A stretch of DNA of 63,534 bases, the filler included, from Octopus bimaculoides (Eukaryota), in the NCBI RefSeq assembly GCF_001194135.2. It is 6 parts of 6 records of this genome, joined end to end, with 100 filler letters (N's around TTAATTAATTAA, not from the genome) between each part and the next. Parts side by side here need not be neighbours in the genome. Positions count along the whole stretch, not along the records: positions 48,224 to 57,244 come from NC_068984.1; positions 57,345 to 61,047 come from NC_068995.1; positions 61,148 to 63,534 come from NW_026358694.1; 3 more parts are not named here. The stretch is one strand, 5' to 3'. How positions within the stretch are numbered: the first letter of the stretch is position 1; the number at the start of each line of letters is the position of its first letter. Below, in pieces: positions 49,661 to 62,560 of the stretch. Under the pieces are notes generated by a model. That model did no database searches and was not told the DNA's origin. It saw only the letters and a list, made by a program, of their open reading frames with translations. The translations under genes and the position numbers were made by a program.

Positions 49661-51741
49661 CTGTCTTCGTCTACCAAATCCATTCACAAGGCCCGAGGCT
49701 ACAGTAGAAGACGCTTGCCCAAAGTGCCGCGCAGTGGGACTGAACCCGGAACCATGTGGTTAGGAAGCGAGCTTCTTACCACACAGCCACTTCTGCGCCT
49801 CCACACAGTCACTCCTGCGTATTTATGTTTTCTCTAACTAAATTAGGTCTGGCTAGACAAACAGTTTTTCTTCTCTAATCAGCTCTGACCCATGTTTGAC
49901 TCGGAAAAATTATAGCTCACAGTTACACTGGTATTTTTTATGTGGATGGTGCCTCTGGGTAATTTGCTCAGCCATTACCTGAACTAATAAACTATGATAA
50001 TCTTTACTTGATTAATATCTTGGTGCTAATTCTTAATAAGTCAGTTATTATTAGTTCAGTTATAAATGTATACAGGAAGGAACCTTTATTAAATAATCGG
50101 AAATCGGAAATCCACAGCAGATACATCAGTTCTAATACTGAAAGCAACAAATTTCTCTTGGAACAAGTGTAAAGTTCCTGCATTTCATGAGAACTGCGTA
50201 CAGTGATATTGTGTTCAGTTCTTTCCCAGTGGTATGACTGGCGTGAACGAAGTCAATTATATATTGAAGCAGTCTATGTTTGAGAATCGATCCATCGATG
50301 ACCAATCTCTTATTCAACGAAGCTCACCATAATAACATGAGGAGCACATTCATATCTGGTCCGTGTTTTTGTCGAACGATCTGATTTGCTATTTCCGATA
50401 AGAAATGTTTAAGTAATTAATAATAAACACTGATAAACATACACGCAATCAGTTAATACTGGAGGAACAATATTGCTGATGACTTTTAGACAAAGATATC
50501 GATAGTAATAATATAACAAAACCATTTGAAATTTTATAGTTCTTCCAGAAAATATATTATGTTTCCGGTTGTATATTATGTTTCCGATTCAACAAATTCA
50601 TTAGTTTACACAATGTGAGAAGAGTTCAGAGAGATAATCGTATTACGCGCTTATTGAAGCGTGTTTGAACTGAAACATTTCAACATAATGATATTAGAAA
50701 AGCGGTACGAAATATTAAAAGTTAAAGGCAACAAAAAGCTCATGGCTACAATTCGTAAATGTTATTTGATGTAATATTTTTAGCAGCTTCTCTATCGTCA
50801 TTTTAAGTTTCTGACTATAAGCTATTTATCAGACGACTCATTGTTGCTAAAACGAAGACGTCTTATAATAGTTTAAAACCCAAAATACGATTTTGTTGTT
50901 ATTGTTTTCCATAAGTGACAATATGGCGGTGTTGCGTTATGCAGTTTAGAGACAGAGAAAATAAAAGGCACTCAACAATTAATCTCTTAATGGTTGTTGT
51001 TGTTGTAGTAGTTGTTACTGTAATTGTTATTGTTTAGTCCTCGGGTTAGTTCTGACTCAGCAGACCTGTGATCAAAAGTATCCCGACCATAAAAAATCCC
51101 TTAATTTTCCAGTTATAAAGTAACTAGAATAACATAATGCAACATAATTTTTCAGCTTAGACATTCACCATAGTAGAATGTGATTTTATGGAGATATGGT
51201 TGCTATTTCTAGCAAGTGGAACGACTAGATAGGTCTCTCCAGTTAGGTCGTATTCATGGGATTTTTATAAGTCGCTGTTATTGTAGGAAATTCTGGAAAC
51301 ATCATTTGATTGTTGTTTGTGCCTTCTCGAGCCATGTCTGGCTCATAAGGACCGGTTTCCTGGTTTCATTGGCGTATAGGTTCCCCACCCGGACGGAACG
51401 CCGGTCTGTCGCAGGTGAGCTGCTAAATGCAGGAGGAAAGAATGAGAGAAAGTTGTGGCGAAAGAGTCAGCAGAAGTTCGCCATTACCTTCTGTCGGAGC
51501 CGCGTGAAGTTTAGGTGTTTCCGTCATAAACACACATATCGCCCGGTCTGAGATTCGGACCCGCGATCCTCCGACCGCGAGTCCGTTGCTCTAACCACTA
51601 TGCCTTGTGCCTCCACACTCGTTATTTGATTAGAAAAATAAATCCCTTGTCAGCAGACAGCGCAGACGATACTGAAACCAAGAGATTCCAAGTTGTTTCT
51701 GTTTAACCCCAAGACAAAGCCTGGTTCAATATACCTTAGAT

Positions 51742-51995
51742 CAGTGATTCTCAACCGGTTTTTTTGCCTACGGACCATTTGTTTCCTATTTTACTCTACT
51801 GGACCTTCGCAGCCATTCAATGTTTAAAAAAATCCTATTATATTCATACAATGAAATATTAAGAATTGTATAAAAAAAATTGTCGAAATATTTTGTGCAT
51901 TGTAGAAGCATATCCAATTTAATTGTACACAAATTTTAGCAACAAAATCTTATATGGACCCCAAAGGTCATATAGACCCCGGTTGGGAACCGCTG
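51742..51995. mobile_element. 254-bp hAT (Charlie-like) MITE with perfect 8-bp TSD CCTTAGAT
   Basis: CAGTGATTCTCAACCGG...CCGGTTGGGAACCGCTG; TSD at 51734-51741 and 51996-52003. Confidence 0.9.
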
Positions 51996-52084
51996 CCTTA
52001 GATGAAAGACATTCTAGCTGTGACCATCACGTTCCGTTTCAAACATTGAATATCTGGAACTGGATTGTCCAATACGTTTCCTTC

Positions 52085-52910
52085 CTTAAGGCAGCAGGCT
52101 AGCAGAAACGCTAGGTCGACTTTGCCTTTCATCCTTTCGGGGTCGATAAATTAAGTACCAGTTGCATACTGGGGTCGATCTAATCGACTGGTCCCCCACT
52201 CCCCAAACATTTCGGGCCTTGTGCCTCGAGTAGAAAAGAATAAATGCGGCGAGCTGGCAGAACCGTTAGCACGCCGGGCGAAATGCTTGGCGGCATTTCG
52301 TGTGTCTTTACGTTCCGAGTTCAAATTCCACCGATGTCGACTTTGCCTTTCATCCTTTCGAGGTTGATTAATTAAGTACCAGTTACGCACTGCGGTCGAC
52401 GTAATCCTCTTTGTCTGTCCTAGTTTGTCTCCTCTGTGTGTAGCCCCTTGTGGGCAATAAAGAAATAAGAAACGTTAGCACGCCGGGCGAAATGCTTAGC
52501 GGCATTTCGTGTCTTTACGTTCTGAGTTCAAATTCCGCCGAGGTCGACTTTGCCTTTCATCTTTTCGAGGTTGATTAATTAAGTACCAGTTACGCACTGA
52601 GGTCGACGTAATCCCTTTGTCTGTCCTTGTTTGTCTCCTCTGTGTGTAGCTCCTTGTGGGCAATAAAGAAATAAGAAACGTTAGTACAACGAAGGCAGTG
52701 AGCTGGCAGAAGCGTTAGCACGCCGGGCGAAATGCTTAGCAGTATTTCGTCTGTCTTTGCGTTCTGAGTTCAAATTCCGCCGAGGTCGACTTTGCCTTTC
52801 ATCCTTTCAGGGTCCATAAATTAAGTACCAATTGCATACTGGAGTCGATCTGATCGACTGGCCCGCTTCCCCCAAAATTTCGGGCCTTGTGCCTAGAGTA
52901 AAAAAGAATA
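52085..52910 (+). mobile_element. Head-to-tail tandem array of family A SINE units (~207-bp period), preceded by rearranged fragments
   Basis: CGTTAG starts at 52264, 52473 and 52679; each unit's tail AATAAAGAAATAAGAAA runs directly into CGTTAG of the next unit. Confidence 0.85.
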
Positions 52911-54147
52911 TGTTTCTTTCCCTTTTTTTTAAATTTTAATATCGTAGTGCATGATTTGAGGGAAACTTGACAACTATCTCTACCAGAAATAGTTGGGAGA
53001 ATCACGTAGAGGGCCCTTGCTAGAGCTTAGTCTCACTTTACTACATTTGAAATGAGTACCTGTAATATACCAGTAATATATAATTGCATTGAATTACTAG
53101 TGGAGCGAGAATCTTCTATGATAAACGACAGATGTGGGTTCCGCAATTTCTAGTTGAACAACCAGTACAGAGGATTCGTTTATAGTGATCAAATGTTTGT
53201 GAAGTAAATTAGCTCACTTCCTCGATCAAATCGACATTGACTGCACTGCTACACAAGCATACCACACGTCAGATGTTGAAATGATCGCAGATCAATACGA
53301 AACTCCGCCTGACAATATTATAATTTCCGAAAGCTTGTGATTTTCATAGCGAAATTAAAGGATAGCTAATTTCAGTTTGTCCAGCAATAATTATTTCAAA
53401 TTTTTTGCCACAAGGGCAGCTTGGGGGAGGTGGGGATGAGTCGATTACATCGACCCTAGTGTACAACTAGCACTTAATTTATCGACCCCGAAAGGATAAA
53501 AGACAAACGGATTAAGTCGATTATATCGACCCCAGTGCGTAACTGGTACTTATTTAATCGACCCCGATAGGATGAAAGGCAAAGTCGACCTCGGCGGAAT
53601 TTGAACTCAAAACGTAGCAACGAGCGAAAAACTGTTAAGCATTTCGTCCAGTGTCCTAACGATTGCGCCAGCTCACCGCCTTAGTTTGTCCAGTAATAAT
53701 ATTTGACCTCGCTAATTAGGCTGTGATCACTTAATGAAACGTAATTATTAGTACAGAAAAGATCATTCATATAAGCCCTTGGTCCTTAAGAACACAACAC
53801 AGCGCTTGGTCTGGGAATCGAAATCACGAATTTATGATCATGAGCGCAACGTCCGAATTACTAAGCCACGCGCCTTCACCAGTAAAGAATACCAGTAATA
53901 CGAACTATACCGGTTTTACCATGTGAAACCATTGTTTGGTAAAGACAAAAGACAGTGGTGGGGACAAGCACAAAGACATACACCACACACACACACACAT
54001 ATATATTTATATATATACACGACGAGCTTTTTTCAGTTAGCGTCTACCAAATCCACTCACAAGGCTTTGGTCAGCCCGTGGTTATAGTAGAAGACATATC
54101 AATACCTCGTGAGTGGATTTGGTAGATAGAATCCGTGTGGAAACCCG

Positions 54148-54222
<75 letters not shown>

Positions 54223-54902
54223 TGTGTGTGTGTCTTTTTCTTTATAAATGTCCTGAAAATTCCACAGTCTTGGTTTTGCTGTCTCATTTTATTTAACACA
54301 CACATACAAACACACATAAATGTTGCGCGTATTTCGAGCTCCCACCTTCCATGCACTAACATCGCAGCACTGGGGGGCGGCCATGGACTGGACCTCCCCC
54401 CCCCGGTTCCGGACTCAGTCCGCGCGCGTATTTTTGTCTCTCTATCAGTCACTCAACTCTTGACAACCGGTGTTCTTTTGTTCACTTCACTATAACCTAG
54501 TGGTTCGGCAAAAGGGTCAGATGGAAAAAAGTACCAGACTTCAGAAGAGAAATATAAATGCCGGAGTCGATTTATGCGGCTGGAAACGATTCTATTATAT
54601 TTTGTCTTTTCTCTTTTACTGAAACGAGTAAAAGAGAAAAGACAAAAGATAATAGAATCGTTAGAAAGATTCGAATTTCTGTCGCAAAAAAATTCTATAA
54701 AGTTAGCTTTTACTTTTTAATGAAATCGCGCAAAAAATCGGAAAAATATCTTTTTGTCTTTCGTTAGGACAAAAAGAAAAACAAAAACAACGAATATCAA
54801 ACTTAAAAAGAAATTTCTTTAAAAATAGAAAATTAGTGACTTACTTTTTAAGTCTCGTGTGATTAAAATAACTTCTAGTTATTTCAAAACTATAAATATA
54901 TA

Positions 54903-56080
54903 CAGTAATCACTCGCCATATCGCGGTTCACCTATCGCACCCTCCGTACATCGCGGATTTTTCTGGCTAATACATGTAAATTTATATCACAGACTCCTCA
55001 GTATATCACGGGTTTCTGCAGCCGATAGGTATTTATATTTTTTAGACTTTAACTATTTCTGTGGTAAAATAAGCATTTTCACGCCTAAAAATTAATAAAT
55101 TAATAAATAAAAAGACAGTACAGTACTGCACTGTATAACACATTAATTAAAATATATTACAAGAAAATACGTAGTGTGCCGTGGATGAGTAAACAAAGAA
55201 TTGCACATGCTGTATGGAAAACGAAACTCGGGAGGTGAGTGCGTGCTGGTGTTTTGCATTTATAATAAATAGATATGTTGTTGGCACTCCGTCGCTTACG
55301 ACGTCGAGGGTTCCAGTTGATTCGATCAACGGAACAGCCTGCTCATGAAATTAACGTGCAAGTGGCTGAGCACTCCACAGACACGTGTACCCTTAACGTA
55401 GTTCTCAGGGATATTCAGCGTGACAGTGTGACAAGGCTGACCCTTTGAATTACAGGCACAACAGAAACAGGAAGTAAGAGTGAGAGAAAATTGTGGTGAA
55501 AGAGTACAGCAGGGTTCGCCACNNNNNNNNNNNNNNNNNNNNNNNNNNNNNNNNNNNNNNNNNNNNNNNNNNNNNNNNNNNNNNNNNNNNNNNNNNNNNN
55601 NNNNNNNNNNNNNNNNNNNNNNNNNNNNNNNNNNNNNNNNNNNNNNNNNNNNNNNNNNNNNNNNNNNNNNNNNNNNNNNNNNNNNNNNNNNNNNNNNNNN
55701 NNNNNNNNNNNNNNNNNNNNNNNNNNNNNNNNNNNNNNNNNNNNNNNNNNNNNNNNNNNNNNNNNNNNNNNNNNNNNNNNNNNNNNNNNNNNNNNNNNNN
55801 NNNNNNNNNNNNNNNNNNNNNNNNNNNNNNNNNNNNNNNNNNNNNNNNNNNNNNNNNNNNNNNNNNNNNNNNNNNNNNNNNNNNNNNNNNNNNNNNNNNN
55901 NNNNNNNNNNNNNNNNNNNNNNNNNNNNNNNNNNNNNNNNNNNNNNNNNNNNNNNNNNNNNNNNNNNNNNNNNNNNNNNNNNNNNNNNNNNNNNNNNNNN
56001 NNNNNNNNNNNNNNNNNNNNNNNNNNNNNNNNNNNNNNNNNNNNNNNNNNNNNNNNNNNNNNNNNNNNNNNNNNNNNNNN

Positions 56081-56116
<36 letters not shown>

Positions 56117-56223
56117 AAATATTTTTTTTAAATATACAGTACAGTACTGTTTCTACTTCGCAGATTTTCATCTATCACAGGGGTTTTTGGAACGTAACAC
56201 CCATGATAGTCGAGGGATTACTG
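54903..56223. mobile_element. pogo/Tigger-like MITE with TA TSD, interrupted by a family B SINE and an assembly gap
   Basis: TA-CAGTAATCACTCG... and ...CGAGGGATTACTG-TA. Confidence 0.75.
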
Positions 56224-56777
56224 TATTTGTCACAAGGCTAGAAATCTTTGAGGGGACGGGCTTGGTCAATACTGTCAACCTCAGTATTCAATGCGATTGA
56301 ATAACTTTATATTGATATTGGAAAAGGGACCAGTGTAGAGTCGAGGCTATTTTCTATTGTTGATTTCTTTTTGTTAAAACCAGAAATCCCTGAGACAAAT
56401 GTACTTCCCTAACTACTGATTGGTCTGTAGAGGTAACAGGCGCCAAAAGAAGTCTGGTGCTGCTATGGTTGAAAGTTATTCCAGCAGTTAAATTTAACAC
56501 ACCAGTGCATTTTATCTTAGAAATTAATTCACACTTGAGTAAATATGTAAATATTTCTGAAAAGTGGTACATCGAGAACTGTGCTTTTGAATTCTTTGAC
56601 TACGTCGATGTTAAGTAATGAATAAGTTGAAGAAATCTGCTTTGCATATGTTGATTAGTGACGGACCCATTGGTGTTACCGTTCCAAACATTAGAATATT
56701 GTATGTCATATACAGACACCAAAATAAAATCATTCAAAAGGTTGTGTTTATTGATATTCTGAAGTCGGCAGTTCGTG

Positions 56778-56827
56778 AAAATATCGGGAAATGTGGTGAC
56801 TATTATCACTACATTTCCCGATATTTT
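56778..56827. other. 50-bp hairpin (22-bp stem with one G.U pair in RNA, 6-nt loop)
   Basis: AAAATATCGGGAAATGTGGTGA-CTATTA-TCACTACATTTCCCGATATTTT. Confidence 0.8.
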
Positions 56828-57369
56828 GCACAAGTTTTTGCATAAAACACAAACTTAACTTTAGAAAATGGTAATGTTAATATCAGTTGGAACGCGAGTT
56901 ATACAGGGAAAATATAAATAAAAAAATAAATGCGCCCTTTTAAAGCCTAGCCAGGCTCATGGGCCCGGTTTCCCGGTTTCAATGGCGTATGTGTTCCCCA
57001 GCTGGACGGGACGCCAGTCCATCGCAGCGTTACTCATTTTTGGCAGCTGAGTGAACTGGAGCAACGTGAAATGAAGTGTTTTGCTTAAGAACACAACGCA
57101 TCGCCCGGTCCAGGAATCGAAACCACAATCTTACCCTAACCACTAAGCCACGCGCCTCCACACAGGGAAAATTATAGTTTTTTCACGTTAGCTACTTGAT
57201 ACAATTCTTGTAAAAGATTTTTATCCTATTATTGAATTAAGTATNNNNNNNNNNNNNNNNNNNNNNNNNNNNNNNNNNNNNNNNNNNNTTAATTAATTAA
57301 NNNNNNNNNNNNNNNNNNNNNNNNNNNNNNNNNNNNNNNNNNNNATATATATACACACATATATATATA

Positions 57370-58519
57370 TTGCAGTCAAGACATTTTGCCAACGAGTCAC
57401 AACTTTCTCTATTATGGTAACATACAAATCTGGAGTTCTGGAACTGATGAACTCTTTCAATGCACTTTCATCATCGGTTTGCTTTTTAGACTCCTTCTCT
57501 CGCAGGAAACCCTCAAGGTGCTTGAAAAAGTGGTAATCGGTAGGAGAAAGGTCTGGGGAATAGGCTGGGTGGGGAAGAACTTCATAGACGAGTTCCCTCA
57601 ACTTCTCGTGTGTTGTTAGTAAAACATATGGTCAATAATGTCATGGATAACGATGGCCCTCTTCTGTTGACCAGTCTGACACGGAGAAGTAGCAGTTTTA
57701 CGTTCATTCTTGGCAATTTCATGGCAATATGTTTCTGCAGTAATGGTTTTTCCGGGTTTTGAGAAGTTATAGTGGATGAGTGCACAGTACACCAACAAAC
57801 GTTCACCATAACTCTCTTTTTGAAGTGCTCGGGTTTACGGAAGGTATCCAGTGCTTCATTTTGATCCAACCACTGTGAAGAACGTTTTTTTTATTATCAT
57901 TATCGTACAGAATCCACTTTTCATCACAAGTTACAATACGGTCGAGAAATAGATCGGTCTGTTTATGGAGAAGCGACGAGCAAATTTCATACCTGTGCAT
58001 TTTCTGATTTTCATTCAAACTGTGTGGTAAACATTTGTCGAGCTTTTTTGATTTTCCGATCGCATGCAAATGGATCCAAGCAGATTTTTGGCTAACTTAA
58101 ATTTATATTGCCAGTTCTCGAGTGGTTTTACGTGGATCTTTCTCAATGACGTTCTTTAATTGACTGTCATCCATGACAGATGGGCGTCCACTACGCACAC
58201 GATCTTCATGGCTGAGGTCTCCACTGCGAAATCGTTTAAATCCTTTCCGCGCTAACCACTCACTGGTCATTTCCTTGCCAAACAGTTTGTTGATATTGCG
58301 AGCGGTTTCAGCTGCTTTACGTCCTTTTTGGAAATTGAAAAGCAAAATTGCTCGATTATCGCGCTTTGAGTGTTCCATTTCAGATCATTGAAACAACGTC
58401 TATGTCTGTATTATCAGACAGTTCCAAAACATTGTTTAAAACAAATTCAAAACTCCTCAAAAATCCGGTAAAATTTCTTCGTGGTTCAAAACGTTGCTTA
58501 CTTCTTACTCAATATGATA
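57370..58519 (-). mobile_element. Second degenerate copy of the mariner family seen at 18814-20484
   Basis: MEHSKRDNRAILLFNFQKGRKAAETARNI...RSGRPSVMDD, RIVTCDEKWILYDN, HPAYSPDLSPTDYHFFKHL. The 3' end is lost in a microsatellite/gap. Confidence 0.92.
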
Positions 58520-58584
58520 TAAATTCAACTTCAAATGCGTATACATATATTAATTCATAGCGACACATACTCTTTTACTCTTGT

Positions 58585-58760
58585 AATTGTTTCAGTCATT
58601 TGACTGCAGCCAAGCTGGAGCACCGACTTAATCGAGCAAATCGACTCTGGGACTTATTCCTTGTAAGCCTAGTACTTATTCTATCGATTTCTTTTGCCAT
58701 ACCCCTAGGTTACGAGAATGTAAACACACCACCATTGGTTGTTAAGTGATGTAACCCGGA
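58585..58760 (+). mobile_element. SINE family E fragment; other copies at ~1110-1240(-), 6505-6570, 42780-42920(-), 54440-54600(-), 61148-61270
   Basis: Shared GTTTCAGTCATTTGACTGC...GACTTATTC.TTGTAAGCCTAGTACTTATT...GTTAC....ACGTAAACACACCA. Confidence 0.8.
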
Positions 58761-59597
58761 ACTATGTGATTGGTGAGAACTGATAAAAGAAAATTTGCAC
58801 TAAAATTTAGATCGGTTAAATGTTTCAATTAAAAGATCGATAGATTTCGATGTCTTTTTTTTTATATATAAATGTTATATAAGTTACATAATACAGTTCG
58901 AGGAAGTCCACTTTCTATGGTGTTTCCAGGATGCTGGTTCTGGTTCTGGTAGGACGACTAACAAGGCAGTGATCCTGCATGGTCGCAGTTTGATAACTGA
59001 AACAAAGAATAAAAGAATATATCTATATATCTATATCTATGTATGTTTGTTATCAATCAGTTTCATTTCTGTATTTCTTGTCCATAGAGAAAGAGCCGGA
59101 CTCTAACATAGATTCAAGGCTCCTTCATTGGAACTTTTCTCAACATCATCTAGGTATTTGTGCATATGTGTGTGTGCGCAGTATTTGGTGTTAGTGTATG
59201 CTCAGATTTGTATGTTTGTTTTATNNNNNNNNNNTGCGCAGTATTTGGTGTTAGTGTATGCTCAGATTTGTATGTTTGTTTTATGGATGCGTTTTTATGT
59301 ATATATTTTCATGTCTAGATGCATGCATATGATATATATGTGCTAAATTTTTGGAAAGTTTTACATATCTTTACAGTTCCATTGATGGCTTGAATCTGTA
59401 GTATTCTAATCAGTCTTTTTCTTTCAGGTTTTGACAACCCTAATTTTTCCAGGTTTGTGTTGAGGCAGATCGTTACATATCCCAATGCCGCAACAACCAC
59501 GGGTATGTATGTATGTATGTATGTATGTATGTATGCATGTATGTATGTATGTATGTATGTATGTATGTATGTATGTATCTATCTATCTATATATCTC

Positions 59598-59645
<48 letters not shown>

Positions 59646-61289
59646 NNNNNNNNNNNNNNNNNNNNNNNNNNNNNNNNNNNNNNNNNNNNNNNNNNNNNNN
59701 NNNNNNNNNNNNNNNNNNNNNNNNNNNNNNNNNNNNNNNNNNNNNNNNNNNNNNNNNNNNNNNNNNNNNNNNNNNNNNNNNNNNNNNNNNNNNNNNNNNN
59801 NNNNNNNNNNNNNNNNNNNNNNNNNNNNNNNNNNNNNNNNNNNNNNNNNNNNNNNNNNNNNNNNNNNNNNNNNNNNNNNNNNNNNNNNNNNNNNNNNNNN
59901 NNNNNNNNNNNNNNNNNNNNNNNNNNNNNNNNNNNNNNNNNNNNNNNNNNNNNNNNNNNNNNNNNNNNNNNNNNNNNNNNNNNNNNNNNNNNNNNNNNNN
60001 NNNNNNNNNNNNNNNNNNNNNNNNNNNNNNNNNNNNNNNNNNNNNNNNNNNNNNNNNNNNNNNNNNNNNNNNNNNNNNNNNNNNNNNNNNNNNNNNNNNN
60101 NNNNNNNNNNNNNNNNNNNNNNNNNNNNNNNNNNNNNNNNNNNNNNNNNNNNNNNNNNNNNNNNNNNNNNNNNNNNNNNNNNNNNNNNNNNNNNNNNNNN
60201 NNNNNNNNNNNNNNNNNNNNNNNNNNNNNNNNNNNNNNNNNNNCGGGTATGTATGTATGTATGTATGTATGTATGTATGCATGTATGTATGTATGTATGA
60301 ATGTATGTATGTATGTATGTATCTATGTATCTATGTATATGTCAATGCATACATTCATTTACGATTATTAGCAGAAGTTGTGCAATGCTCTTACCTCAGT
60401 ATCCAGACTTCATTTTTCGTATTATAGCCTACTTAGAAAAGCACACAGACACAGTACGCATACATACACACATACATACATACATACATACACGCACTCA
60501 TAGACAAAGGCAAGCAACCCAGGAACGGTCCTATATACGCACATATACATGCATAGATACATGGGATAATAGAAATCTCACCTTCTTCTCAATGACCGAA
60601 CTGACTACAAATTTATATACATAAATCAATCTACATTTATTTTGTATATATAAAAAAAAAGTAGCATTTTTTCAACCCAAACAGTTATTAAATGTTTAAC
60701 ACATGTAGAAACTATATATAGTTTTAGATATGCATTAGCGCATATAATACAAACCGTTGAAACGATCTTAGCCTACAGGTGGTCTTTCAACAAACTAAAC
60801 GATGCGTAGGACCCTAGATGTGTTTGCACTAAAAATGTATGAAATTACTACATGATGAAACTTTAGAATTTAATACTTCATATGATCGGTTTGTCACTTG
60901 GATGTCTGTATACATACATGCATACACACACACAAACATACACACACAGATACACACACAAACACACATATATACATAACATAGATGTATATTGGTATAT
61001 GAATATATACATATATATATATATTTATACACACACACACACACACANNNNNNNNNNNNNNNNNNNNNNNNNNNNNNNNNNNNNNNNNNNNTTAATTAAT
61101 TAANNNNNNNNNNNNNNNNNNNNNNNNNNNNNNNNNNNNNNNNNNNNAGGACTTATTCTTTGGATGCCTAGTACTTATTCCATCCGTCTCTTTTGCCAAA
61201 CTGCTAAGTTATGGGGACATAAACACACCACCATTGGTTGTCAAGCGATGCTGGGGGGACAAACACAGACACACACACACACATATATA

Positions 61290-62560
61290 TTAGCTCACGC
61301 GAAGAAAACCCTAACGATAGGAATGATAATAGAAATAGAATAATTTCTAAGCAAAGTAAAAATAAATTACGCAACTACATATGGTATAACATACCATACA
61401 ATATAGCGGTCACAGGTAGATTATGTAAGAGGATATTCTCGATTATATCAAAGAACTTTCCACCCACTCACAAATATAGCAGTAGCTTTTCAACTAAAAC
61501 TATTAGAATCTCATATTCAACCTTCCCTAATATGAAATGTATTATATCTAAACATAACAAAACCAAAATTAAAAAAGCTAGATTAAGAATAATTAATTAT
61601 CAGCCTAACACCAATAATCCTAGAACCTCCACTGATAGTATAAGAAATAACATTCCTGTAAATTATAACATACCTAATAGTATTAATAATTGTAATGACG
61701 ACGACAGCATTGGCCCACGTAACCATACCCAAATAACAAATAGCACGACAATAGATGAATCACTAAACCTAGACCCAACACAAAATAGCAGCACACCTTA
61801 TAATCCTTCCGCATTAAATAATGACACTACCACTAATAATAGAAGACCCAACTCAACCTCTAATAATAATCCTAATAATAATCAAGATAATAATTATACC
61901 AGCCACGATTCTAATAATATTACTAATAGAAATAATACGTATAATACCAATGTTAACGGCAGAACGAATCGAGGTGAAGTAACTTCGAACAACCCAAATA
62001 GAGGTAGCAGCAATAATAATACTATAAGCAGCTACCCCACAAATNNNNNNNNNNNNNNNNNNNNNNNNNNNNNNNNNNNNNNNNNNNNNNNNNNNNNNNN
62101 NNNNNNNNNNNNNNNNNNNNNNNNNNNNNNNNNNNNNNNNNNNNNNNNNNNNNNNNNNNNNNNNNNNNNNNNNNNNNNNNNNNNNNNNNNNNNNNNNNNN
62201 NNNNNNNNNNNNNNNNNNNNNNNNNNNNNNNNNNNNNNNNNNNNNNNNNNNNNNNNNNNNNNNNNNNNNNNNNNNNNNNNNNNNNNNNNNNNNNNNNNNN
62301 NNNNNNNNNNNNNNNNNNNNNNNNNNNNNNNNNNNNNNNNNNNNNNNNNNNNNNNNNNNNNNNNNNNNNNNNNNNNNNNNNNNNNNNNNNNNNNNNNNNN
62401 NNNNNNNNNNNNNNNNNNNNNNNNNNNNNNNNNNNNNNNNNNNNNNNNNNNNNNNNNNNNNNNCCCGATAAGAATAAGCTAGTTAATAAGAGGTCAGATT
62501 TCAAACCCTCCTGTATCCATAAAATGATGAAAACCTTTAGATATTATAACCCCTAAGTCC
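61290..62560 (+). mobile_element. Penelope-like element: RT C-terminal region, long Asn-rich linker, (gap), GIY-YIG C-terminus
   Basis: RNYIWYNIPYNIAVTGRLCKRIFSIISKNFPPTHKYSSSFSTKTIRISYSTFPNMKCIISKHNK resembles the PLE motif IWFNPP...HFP..HK...KVSYSCMPNM. After the gap: PDKNKLVNKRSDFKPSCIHKMMKTFRYYNP*. Confidence 0.8.

Noticed and set aside
59176-59284. 50-bp direct repeat flanking a 10-N gap
   Set aside because: Typical unmerged contig overlap, so probably an assembly artefact.
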